Shown here piece by piece: positions 1-7,776 of a DNA stretch of 59,434 bases. Below the pieces are notes generated by a model. The model saw only the letters and a list, made by a program, of their open reading frames with translations, did no database searches and was not told the origin of the DNA. Position numbers and translations under genes: made by a program. This stretch comes from an uncultured Bacillales bacterium (GTDB taxonomy: Bacteria; Bacillota_I; Bacilli_A; RFN20; CAG-826): assembly GCA_946411895.1 (NCBI GenBank), contig CAMKFP010000001.1:1-59434 (forward strand), given 5' to 3'. The first letter of the stretch is position 1, and each line of letters starts with the position of its first letter.

Positions 1-315
1 TTCATTAATGAATTTATAATACTCAGGTGTTTCCTTATAAATATTAATAAAAGCTTCATAGAAACTCTTAAGGTATTCATAGCCATTGTTAGCTTTGAAA
101 TCAAAGTGTTGGCTAAAGACTTTTTCTTGTAAGTGTTTAGCGACAACAAGAACTAAGTTGTATTTATTTCCAAAGCGACGGTAAATGGTGGCTTCACCGA
201 TTCCGACTTGGATAGCGATATCGCGGATTGTGACATCAGCGATAGACTTTGCAAAGAAAAGCTTAGCTGTTTCCTCAGCAATAATGGTTTCTTCGGCCTG
301 TTTTAAAATGTTCAT
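1..315 (-). CDS. TetR/AcrR-family transcriptional regulator, N-terminal 105 codons (3' end lies beyond the window start)
   Basis: Not in the ORF track because it runs off the edge. My translation from the ATG at 315-313 gives MNILKQAEETIIAEETAKLFFAKSIADVTIRDIAIQVGIGEATIYRRFGNKYNLVLVVAKHLQEK..., which carries the typical TetR_N helix-turn-helix signature (T-x-R-D-IA...G-x-x-x-x-T-I-Y-R-R-F). Confidence 0.8.
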   Translation of the reverse strand, partial: MNILKQAEETIIAEETAKLFFAKSIADVTIRDIAIQVGIGEATIYRRFGNKYNLVLVVAKHLQEKVFSQHFDFKANNGYEYLKSFYEAFINIYKETPEYYKFINE

Positions 316-329
316 AAAAGTACCTCAAC

Positions 330-346
330 TGATAGTACGTCTATCA
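330..346. promoter_or_regulatory. Inverted repeat TGATAG-N5-CTATCA in the divergent TetR / 452-943 intergenic region; candidate TetR operator
   Basis: 6+6 bp inverted repeat read directly, 15 bp upstream of the TetR start codon. TetR regulators usually bind palindromes in their own promoter region. Confidence 0.3.
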
Positions 347-451
347 AAATGAAATGTTAACTATCTATAAAATATATTGGAATTTATTTTTTGTCAAAAC
401 AAATAGTGGTTTTTCTTTCTTAGAAAGGGTTAGTCATATAGAATAAGTGAT

Positions 452-943
452 ATGAGATACTCATTTAACAAGCAGTCTTATAAATCTGCTTATCTATTAA
501 TGATTTTTAAAAGAATAAGAAAGGTTGTTTTACTATTTCCTATCTTTGTTGTTTTAGGTCTTATCGCTCTTATCCTTGGCTTGACCATATTAAAAGAACT
601 TATTCCTTATTCAATCTTTGCCTTTGCTTTAGGCATCGTCATTGGTATTTACGTTTTGGTGCTTTACTATAAGACATCTTCTAATTTGAATAATGCTTAT
701 GACATGCTCTCTATGGGTGGAGATTTAGAATATGAATTAAGTGTTGAAGGATTAAAAGTTGTTCTTCATAACTTATCTTTAAATCAAGTTGCTGCAATTA
801 ATATTGAAGATGTTGATTTGATCTATACAAACAAAAAAGCATACGTTGTTTTCTGTAAGGATGGGTTCAACTTTTTAGTGCCTAATAACGAACAAGGAAA
901 AGACATCATCGATTCAATAAAATCGCTTCAAAATAACGAATAA
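452..943 (+). CDS. Small membrane protein, YcxB-like architecture (two N-terminal TM helices plus a soluble C-terminal domain)
   Basis: 163-aa ORF with two hydrophobic helices (VVLLFPIFVVLGLIALILGLTIL and IFAFALGIVIGIYVLVLYY). It lies divergent from the TetR gene. The family assignment is tentative. Confidence 0.6.
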   Translation: MRYSFNKQSYKSAYLLMIFKRIRKVVLLFPIFVVLGLIALILGLTILKELIPYSIFAFALGIVIGIYVLVLYYKTSSNLNNAYDMLSMGGDLEYELSVEGLKVVLHNLSLNQVAAINIEDVDLIYTNKKAYVVFCKDGFNFLVPNNEQGKDIIDSIKSLQNNE

Positions 944-974
944 TCCTCTAAAAACCTATTATTTTACTTAAAAT

Positions 975-1826
975 ATGATTCCAAAAGCTATTGGTCCATT
1001 TAAAAAAGACACCGCGAAAAAGACCACGATGAAATATGGTTTTTATTATGACTCCATATTCTCTTTACCATTCGCAAAAGACAAAAGACATATTCGTGTT
1101 TGGTTACCTGAAGACTATGATTTTGCTAACCCAGAAAAGAGGTTTCCAGTTATCTATTTCTCTGATGGACAAAACATGGTCAATAGGTATTTATCTGCCT
1201 TTGGAGATTGGGAAGCAGATAAGACGGTTCATAAGATTTTTAAGAAATATGGCAAGAGTTGCATTATCGTTGGCATGGATTGCCCTAAAGCCCCTTCTAA
1301 GAGGGCAGAAGAGCTCTGTTCTCCTTATCCAGTAATTAAGATAGATCCAATTAAAATAAAAGAACCTGCTGCCGATAAGACATTAGATTTCTTTGTTGGC
1401 GAACTAAAACCGTTAATTGATTCTTTGTTCCATACAATTCCCGATAGAGAACACACTGGAGTGGGTGGATCATCGATGGGTGGTTTATTTGCCTTCTACG
1501 CGGCAGTATATAAACCCGAAGTTTTTGGATTCAATCTCTGCTATTCTCCAGCCTTCTTCTTATATGGCACTACTCTATGGATGAAACATCTTGATTCGTT
1601 TGATTTAAGACCCGATAAACAAGGAAAGATAGTCTTATATGTTGGTGGTCAAGAATTCGAGCATGACTTCATAGATGCGACAAAGAAAACTTATCAATAC
1701 TTAAAAGAAAAAGGATTTGATGAAAGTCGTATCAGGTACATGCACGATGGAACTCAATTCCATAACGAAAAAGCTTGGGCTAAATACCTAATTGATGGAT
1801 TAAGTTTCTGGCTTAAAGATTTATAA
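975..1826 (+). CDS. Alpha/beta-hydrolase, putative esterase family (esterase D / enterochelin-esterase-like)
   Basis: 283-aa ORF with the nucleophile elbow GGSSMGG (GxSxG) and a WLPEDY...FPVIYFSDGQ N-terminal pattern typical of the putative-esterase family. The start could instead be the internal Met at 1029. Confidence 0.75.
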   Translation: MIPKAIGPFKKDTAKKTTMKYGFYYDSIFSLPFAKDKRHIRVWLPEDYDFANPEKRFPVIYFSDGQNMVNRYLSAFGDWEADKTVHKIFKKYGKSCIIVGMDCPKAPSKRAEELCSPYPVIKIDPIKIKEPAADKTLDFFVGELKPLIDSLFHTIPDREHTGVGGSSMGGLFAFYAAVYKPEVFGFNLCYSPAFFLYGTTLWMKHLDSFDLRPDKQGKIVLYVGGQEFEHDFIDATKKTYQYLKEKGFDESRIRYMHDGTQFHNEKAWAKYLIDGLSFWLKDL

Positions 1827-1856
1827 AAAGAAAACAGCCTTATGGCTGTTTTTTCT
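1826..1856. terminator. Bidirectional rho-independent terminator between convergent genes
   Basis: Stem AAACAGCC (1832-1839), loop TTAT, stem GGCTGTTT (1844-1851), flanked by an A-run and a T-run. Confidence 0.8.
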
Positions 1857-3043
1857 TAGAAGTCTAATGTATCAAATTTCTTAAGGCCTTCAGTGAGAAC
1901 TTTCACACAGTAATCTCTTCTCACTTGGTTCTCTGGGGAATATAAGATTTGTCTAAACAAGAATAATACACAAGCGAGATATTCAATCTTACCTTGAATA
2001 ATTTCAAGTTCTTTTTCTGATTTATCAGAGAATAAATTCTTTAAGATGCCTGTATAGATTTTCTTACAAATATCTGGTTGGATACCTAAGAATGATAAGC
2101 AGTTTCCTGGCTCTGTTAATTCATAGGCACAGTAACAAAGATAAATGCCGCCTAATTCAAAGATACGGTGTCCTTTAGATAAAGTATCCATATCGATTAA
2201 TAGTGGTTCGCCGTTTTGCACTAAGATGTTTTTCACGTGGCAATCGCCATGCACCATATTGTCAACATTTGGAATAGTATTAACTAGTTTGGTGATTTGT
2301 TCAAAGGTCTTATCATCAAAGATGTTTTCTTTCCTAATAACCGCTAACCACTCTTTTGTCGCATCTAATGAATATGGAAGATCTTTAGATGGAACAATGG
2401 TGGAATTGATCTTTTCGATTAAGTCGGAGTGCATCTTGATGTATTTATCGAGATTATCAACATCATTAAGGATTAAGTTCTTCAAAGAAGAACAATCTAA
2501 TAATTCAAACACAGAACCATAGCAATCTTTGCCTTCTTCTTTAACTTTGACAACGTCATAGCTAATTGCAGTTGGAACACCTAAGACGAATGCGGTTTTA
2601 GCGAGTCTCTTTTCTCTATCAACATCCGCTAATGTGCTATCACGGAAATAGACTTTAACAATGGTGTCTGGGGAAATTCTATAAACTCTACCATAGAAAC
2701 CTTCACCGATGACTTTACATCCTTCTACACTTACTCTTCTAAGAGCCTTCTTAATATCGATGATTTCTGTAAAACCAGTCATCTCGAAGATTTCATAAAC
2801 GTCATTGCAAACTTCGTTGATGACTAAAGAATCGTTTTCCTTTTTGACGCGGAGCATTATTCTAAGACCCACACTGGAGATATAGGTCAACTTATCCGCG
2901 TTAAAGACAAGACTCGTGAAAGGGCTATTAGCCTCAATTGTCTTAATTAAGCTATCTTCAACTTCAACTGCGTTAGTGGTGTCGATAACTTCTGGTAGTT
3001 CAATATTCAGAACACCATCATTTTTTGAGTATTTAAATTCCAT
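1856..3043 (-). CDS. STAS (anti-sigma-antagonist-like) domain fused to a protein-kinase-like / APH-type phosphotransferase domain
   Basis: 395 aa. The N-terminal ~100 aa look like STAS (...LVFNADKLTYISSVGLRIML..., Ser in the DSSGL-equivalent position). The C-terminal part has a glycine loop IGEGFYGRVYR, a VKVY lysine, a catalytic HGDCHVKNILV (HxDxxxxN) and IDMDT. Confidence 0.7.
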   Translation of the reverse strand: MEFKYSKNDGVLNIELPEVIDTTNAVEVEDSLIKTIEANSPFTSLVFNADKLTYISSVGLRIMLRVKKENDSLVINEVCNDVYEIFEMTGFTEIIDIKKALRRVSVEGCKVIGEGFYGRVYRISPDTIVKVYFRDSTLADVDREKRLAKTAFVLGVPTAISYDVVKVKEEGKDCYGSVFELLDCSSLKNLILNDVDNLDKYIKMHSDLIEKINSTIVPSKDLPYSLDATKEWLAVIRKENIFDDKTFEQITKLVNTIPNVDNMVHGDCHVKNILVQNGEPLLIDMDTLSKGHRIFELGGIYLCYCAYELTEPGNCLSFLGIQPDICKKIYTGILKNLFSDKSEKELEIIQGKIEYLACVLFLFRQILYSPENQVRRDYCVKVLTEGLKKFDTLDF

Positions 3044-3045
3044 AA

Positions 3046-5943
3046 CTACTCTCCTTTTTTCTCCTCGTCTAAATACATAGACATCATTAAGAAATTGTGT
3101 CTTTCTTGATATGTGTAATGGATTGCATCCATGATCTTTTTAACCATCAGAATTCCTAACCCACCAATTGGGCGATCATCAGCACTGAGTGTCAAATCTG
3201 GATCAGGTTTCGCTAATGGGTTGAATTGTTTGCCCTCATCGATGATAGACATAGTTACTTGTTTAAGCGTTAAGTCTAATGTGACAATGACTTTTCCTGG
3301 TCCATCTTTATAGCCATATAGGACAACGTTCATAAAGATTTCTTCTAAAGCAAGAATGAACTTTTCGATAATTTTATCGGAAATCTGATTGGCTTTTAAT
3401 GTATTTCTCAAATCAGATTGTGCTCTTTCGTATTCTTCTTTTGTGGACACATAATCAAAACGATAGTGGTTATTCTTACCATAATAAGAGAATGCTAAAA
3501 GCGTCATGTCATCGCTTTGTTCATTTCCTTCGGTGAATTCGATTGTATTATTTAAAACGCCTTCAACAATTTTTGTTGGATTCAAAGTGGTCAAAGTATT
3601 GATATAGTTTTCTAACCTCTCTTCACCATAAAGAATGTGACCATCTTTGACGGCTTCTGTAATACCATCAGTATATAAGAAGATAGTGTCTCCTGGATCA
3701 AATTGATAAGAGTATCTAGTATATTTAATTCTTTCCATAGCACCTAAAATAAAGTTAGGTTTTGATCTGAGATATGTAAACTTGCCTTCATGTCTAACAA
3801 GTGGAGGATTGTGTCCAGCATTTGCATATTCTAATAATCCTTTGGAAAGGAAGACGACACCTACCCAACAGGTGACAAACATATTGGTATCATTGCCCTC
3901 ATTGAGTTTGTTGTTTGCACGGTTCATGACTTCGTCAACGGACAAACCGGTTTCTAAAAGTGACTTAATGAGAGACTTTGTTCTCATCATGAATAAAGCA
4001 GCTGGGATACCTTTACCTGAGACGTCCGCCATTACAATAGCAAAACGATCGTTATCTAGTGGGAAATAATCGTAGAAGTCGCCACCAACTTCTTTGGCGG
4101 TCTTCATAGCAGCATAGACATCAAATTCGTGATGGCTTAAATAAGCCACTTGAGTTGGTAATGATGAAAGCTGAATAGTTTTAGCTAAAGCTAATTCTTT
4201 ATCTAATCTCTCAGCTTCTTTGGCGATGAAGTCTTTTAAAGTATCGACAGTTGAATTAATAGAATTAGAAAGATTCATAAATTCTATAGACTTATATTTT
4301 TCTAATTTGGTATCTAATTCACCTTCAGTGATCTTCTTTAATCCGTTATTCACATACTTAAGTTCACCTAACATATAACGGTCAACGATTGAATAAACAA
4401 CCAAAAAGACGACAGCAAAGACAATAAATTCTAGATAAATATTTATATAGGTAGACATATCCCTAGAAAAGTTAACTTCACTCATTGGTAGAACACCAAG
4501 GATAAAGTAGCCTTCTTCGAATGTGTACATAAAATAAGATGAATTATTAACAATTTTAAGTTGATAACGGGTGTATGGTTTGTAGACTCTTTCGAAATCT
4601 GAATCAAAACCAAATTCACTTAAAGGACGACCTTTTTCTAAACGATCTTCAGAAGATGTTACGACATTATAATTTTCATCTGCGATAATGACGAAACCTT
4701 CGGAGCCAACGTGTCTATTTTTACCAATTTGAGAAACAACCGTTTCAAGTTCATCATAATATAATTCTGTGTCGTAACCGACTTGCACAAAGGCACCAAT
4801 TTCATCATTTACGACAACACCAGCATATTTCATGTAGACGACATGTTCTTCAGTGCTAGCTCCTATCTTTCGATAGGCTTGAACAAATTCTGTGACTGTG
4901 CCATCTAATAAAACGAGGAATTCTGCGGATTGTTCTTGGTCAGCCATGACATAGCCAACAAATCCGGGATTACTTTCATCAACATAGGTTGATGAGTAGG
5001 AAATAATGCCATTATTATCGATGATATTAATTTCTGCCACCTCAAAGGTGTTTAATAGATTGGTTAAGTAATTATTTGATACCGAACCATAGTTATTTAA
5101 ATTAGCAGCAATATTTCTTGTTAATTCTAATAAGTTGTTATCGGATGAATCAATAATATCGCCAGCAGCATCGTCGATATTTTCAGTAATCAATTCACCC
5201 GCATCAGCCTTAGCGATATGTGTTTGAATATTACGTGTAAATAGCGCCACATTGGCGTATGAGAATGTAATGATAATAAATAAGGAAACATGTAAAATCG
5301 TGTTAATACTGCGTCTTTTTTTGAAAAAATTACCTTTTTCGATTTGAATTTTCTTTCTTTCAAAGATGCGGACCATCAAGCAAGAAAACATCACGGATAA
5401 ACCGTTAACTAAGATCATTGGATTGCCAATAATTTTTACTAAAGAAAAGGCTCTATGAGGATCGTCGACGTGAGTGATGAAAATCATAACAATATGTGAG
5501 GTTTCTAAAACCATACCTATAAACAAGGCCTGGAAGAAATTGGCGTAACGATCTTTAAAGACAAACTTATTAAGCAAGCCTGCGATTAGACCAGAAAGAA
5601 ATGTCGAAATAGAGCAAGCTATATAGGTATAATCACTTGCTACCCAGAATTGATGTAGGAATCTTTCTAGCCCACCAATCGCGCCTGAAATAATGCCGGC
5701 AGGTAAACCAAAGAACAAGCCTGCTGCAATAGGTACAGCATCTCTAGCGTTCATGACTGCGCCATCAATGTGAGCACCAAATTCTGTTGATAAAGTTGCG
5801 ATGCCACCAAAGATAATGCCAACGATGACTTGAATAACCCAATAATTTAGTTTGCTAAACTTTGTTTTCTTTAATAGCAAGAAAAAAACAAGAGTGGCAA
5901 TAACTGGTAATATTCCAAGTAAAGCTAAACGAAGGTATTCCAT
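3046..5943 (-). CDS. Membrane sensor: multi-TM (LytS/5TMR-like) N-terminus, extracytoplasmic domain, HAMP-like linker, PP2C/SpoIIE phosphatase, C-terminal RsbW-type HATPase serine kinase
   Basis: 965 aa. SpoIIE motifs: EVGGDFYDYF, VMADVSGKGIPAALFM, YANAGHNPPL, LYTDGITEA, QSDDMTLL. HATPase_c_2-like tail: EEIFMNVVLYGY...DRPIGGLGILMVKKIMD. About 6 N-terminal TM helices, then one TM before and one after a ~270-aa hydrophilic segment. The stop lies 2 nt from the start of the downstream STAS gene. Confidence 0.8.
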   Translation of the reverse strand: MEYLRLALLGILPVIATLVFFLLLKKTKFSKLNYWVIQVIVGIIFGGIATLSTEFGAHIDGAVMNARDAVPIAAGLFFGLPAGIISGAIGGLERFLHQFWVASDYTYIACSISTFLSGLIAGLLNKFVFKDRYANFFQALFIGMVLETSHIVMIFITHVDDPHRAFSLVKIIGNPMILVNGLSVMFSCLMVRIFERKKIQIEKGNFFKKRRSINTILHVSLFIIITFSYANVALFTRNIQTHIAKADAGELITENIDDAAGDIIDSSDNNLLELTRNIAANLNNYGSVSNNYLTNLLNTFEVAEINIIDNNGIISYSSTYVDESNPGFVGYVMADQEQSAEFLVLLDGTVTEFVQAYRKIGASTEEHVVYMKYAGVVVNDEIGAFVQVGYDTELYYDELETVVSQIGKNRHVGSEGFVIIADENYNVVTSSEDRLEKGRPLSEFGFDSDFERVYKPYTRYQLKIVNNSSYFMYTFEEGYFILGVLPMSEVNFSRDMSTYINIYLEFIVFAVVFLVVYSIVDRYMLGELKYVNNGLKKITEGELDTKLEKYKSIEFMNLSNSINSTVDTLKDFIAKEAERLDKELALAKTIQLSSLPTQVAYLSHHEFDVYAAMKTAKEVGGDFYDYFPLDNDRFAIVMADVSGKGIPAALFMMRTKSLIKSLLETGLSVDEVMNRANNKLNEGNDTNMFVTCWVGVVFLSKGLLEYANAGHNPPLVRHEGKFTYLRSKPNFILGAMERIKYTRYSYQFDPGDTIFLYTDGITEAVKDGHILYGEERLENYINTLTTLNPTKIVEGVLNNTIEFTEGNEQSDDMTLLAFSYYGKNNHYRFDYVSTKEEYERAQSDLRNTLKANQISDKIIEKFILALEEIFMNVVLYGYKDGPGKVIVTLDLTLKQVTMSIIDEGKQFNPLAKPDPDLTLSADDRPIGGLGILMVKKIMDAIHYTYQERHNFLMMSMYLDEEKKGE

Positions 5944-5990
5944 TGCTTACATTATAAAATTAAAGAGGAATATCTTCAAAATGTTTTACA

Positions 5991-7013
5991 TTATTGAGAT
6001 ATTTTTTCCTCAGTCGGGAATCTTTTTTGAATGGTAATAAGCGTGGGGTAGATGACCATTAGAACAGCTAAAGCAAGCGCTCCAGAAACAAAAATATATG
6101 GACCATTATATGTTGTAGAAGTAACTAATGAGGCATTCCAAATTAAAATGCCTGATAAAGTACTCGCCACAAATCTTAAGGTGGTAGCTAGTGTGACGCC
6201 AATAATAATAAATAATTCACCTAAAAATATGCTTTTGCCGTTATTGATATCCCGATACATGATTAGTTTTCTAAAGAAACCTAATAAGGCTACTGAACCA
6301 AAAGCAATCACATAATCAAATGGGAAAGAAGCGAATGCCCATCCATCAGTGAGACAAGTTAATAAGCCATAAACTAATCCTGAACATACAAAACTATGTA
6401 GTGGGCCTCTTCTTAAAGCGATGATGAATAGTGGGAGCATTTGTAAATTGACAGATCCTCCACTTGGCATTGCAAAAAACTTTATTAGATTAAGAACAAA
6501 AGCAGAAGCGATTAATATAGCGTCTTCACAAATGGTTTTTGTGTTTTCTTTTTTGAATTCACTACACGAAACAGCGGCGAATAACTGTAAAGATGCTAAT
6601 AGCATCATCGTTCCACCCCCATAAGAGATTTGACATTCTTTGAAGTTCTCGATTTTTCCTGCGGCAAAGTTAGCGAATAGCTCTTTATTGCCAAAGGCAA
6701 AACCAAAGATAAGACAATCACAAATAAGGACTGCTCCTAATAAACCGTCTTTAATCTTTTTGTTGTTTTTTAATAGAAAAGCAATCAGTAAAAGAATAAG
6801 AGCCAATGCCACATAAATGATGTACATGACACCAATCCAACTCGGCGCATATTTTCCGTTTAATAAATCAATGATGTTAGTGGCTTGATAATATTTGTCA
6901 TCACCAACTTTGGTGACAATGTTGAATTGATTAGTGAACAAGAATCCAATCATTAATAGATTGAAGATGAACGCTAATACAAACCCGATGTTTTCTTTGA
7001 AAAACTTTTTCAT
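5991..7013 (-). CDS. thiT: Thiamine transporter ThiT-like ECF S-component with an extra ~150-aa N-terminal 4-TM extension
   Basis: The C-terminal half contains GGSVNLQMLPLFIIALRRGPLHSFVCSGLVYGLL, the characteristic ThiT core. It sits directly downstream of a TPP riboswitch, with a GGAGG RBS at 7023-7027 (minus strand). Confidence 0.75.
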   Translation of the reverse strand: MKKFFKENIGFVLAFIFNLLMIGFLFTNQFNIVTKVGDDKYYQATNIIDLLNGKYAPSWIGVMYIIYVALALILLLIAFLLKNNKKIKDGLLGAVLICDCLIFGFAFGNKELFANFAAGKIENFKECQISYGGGTMMLLASLQLFAAVSCSEFKKENTKTICEDAILIASAFVLNLIKFFAMPSGGSVNLQMLPLFIIALRRGPLHSFVCSGLVYGLLTCLTDGWAFASFPFDYVIAFGSVALLGFFRKLIMYRDINNGKSIFLGELFIIIGVTLATTLRFVASTLSGILIWNASLVTSTTYNGPYIFVSGALALAVLMVIYPTLITIQKRFPTEEKISQ

Positions 7014-7039
7014 AAATAAAAACCTCCAAGTTTGTACCT

Positions 7040-7150
7040 TAGAGGGGATAAAAAATATAATCTCTCCTACGCCTGCATTATCAGGATCAGGTACAAAGGT
7101 CGAACATGATTTAATGTTCCTCTCAGCCGAGTTCGCTCAGCTCCCAGAAA
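7040..7150 (-). promoter_or_regulatory. TPP (THI-box) riboswitch
   Basis: The minus strand reads GGGAGCUGAGCGAACUCGGCUGAGAGGAACAUUAAAUCAUGUUCGACCUUUGUACCUGAUCCUGAUAAUGCAGGCGUAGGAGA. This contains the conserved CUGAGA and ACCUGAUCNGGAUAAUGCNNGCG THI-element cores. Confidence 0.9.
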
Positions 7151-7170
7151 CTATTATGCTACTAAGAGAA

Positions 7171-7200
7171 AGAAAAAACGAGAATTTATTTTTTCTCGTT
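7171..7200 (-). terminator. Rho-independent terminator overlapping the end of the 7186-7776 CDS
   Basis: Minus-strand hairpin AACGAGAA / TTCTCGTT (7193-7200 pairs with 7177-7184) followed by a U-run (plus-strand A-run 7173-7176). Confidence 0.7.
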
Positions 7201-7776
7201 TCTTTCGTTTCGCTCATAGATGTTTATGAGACGATATAAATTATTCTTTAATATAAACGCTGGTAAGACAATGAGAAAGGCATTAACTATCGCGACTGGT
7301 AGACCAATTGTTAAGAAGATGAAATTGGTGGTTCCTAAATAGATTCGATAATCAAGAAGAAGGATTAAGAATCCAAACGGGACACTCCAGATGTGGATAG
7401 CGACACCATAGCAAGCTTCCATAATGAAGCGACCAACATATTTGTTGTCGTTTGGATTCTCAAATTTATCCTTATGGAAGTCGGTGAAGCCACCGAGTTC
7501 AGGAACTTTATCTTTCCATTTGTTGATTTTAATCTTGCGATAGAACTGCATCTCTTTCATTGAGGTCCTAAACATCTTCTTTTTATGGGTAAACCATTTG
7601 TTAGGAAGATGTCTAATTATGAGGGCCACAAGAGCATCGATTAAGAAGGCTCCGGCGATGAAAATAGCGGTCCAATAAAGGTAATAATACCAAGCCTCAT
7701 TTCCAGGGCGAAAGATGATATTAAGTCCTGCGACTAACGCTCCACTTATAAGAATAATTAAACTGTATAAAAGCAT
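7186..7776 (-). CDS. Integral membrane protein, tentatively CrtO-like (glycosyl-diaponeurosporenoate acyltransferase family)
   Basis: 196 aa, 4 TM helices. The central FYRKIKINKWKDKVPELGG and downstream MEACYGVAIHIW resemble the KWK...E..H pattern I recall from staphylococcal CrtO. The start overlaps the stop of the upstream GT8 fusion gene by 1 nt at 7776. Confidence 0.35.
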   Translation of the reverse strand: MLLYSLIILISGALVAGLNIIFRPGNEAWYYYLYWTAIFIAGAFLIDALVALIIRHLPNKWFTHKKKMFRTSMKEMQFYRKIKINKWKDKVPELGGFTDFHKDKFENPNDNKYVGRFIMEACYGVAIHIWSVPFGFLILLLDYRIYLGTTNFIFLTIGLPVAIVNAFLIVLPAFILKNNLYRLINIYERNERNEKK

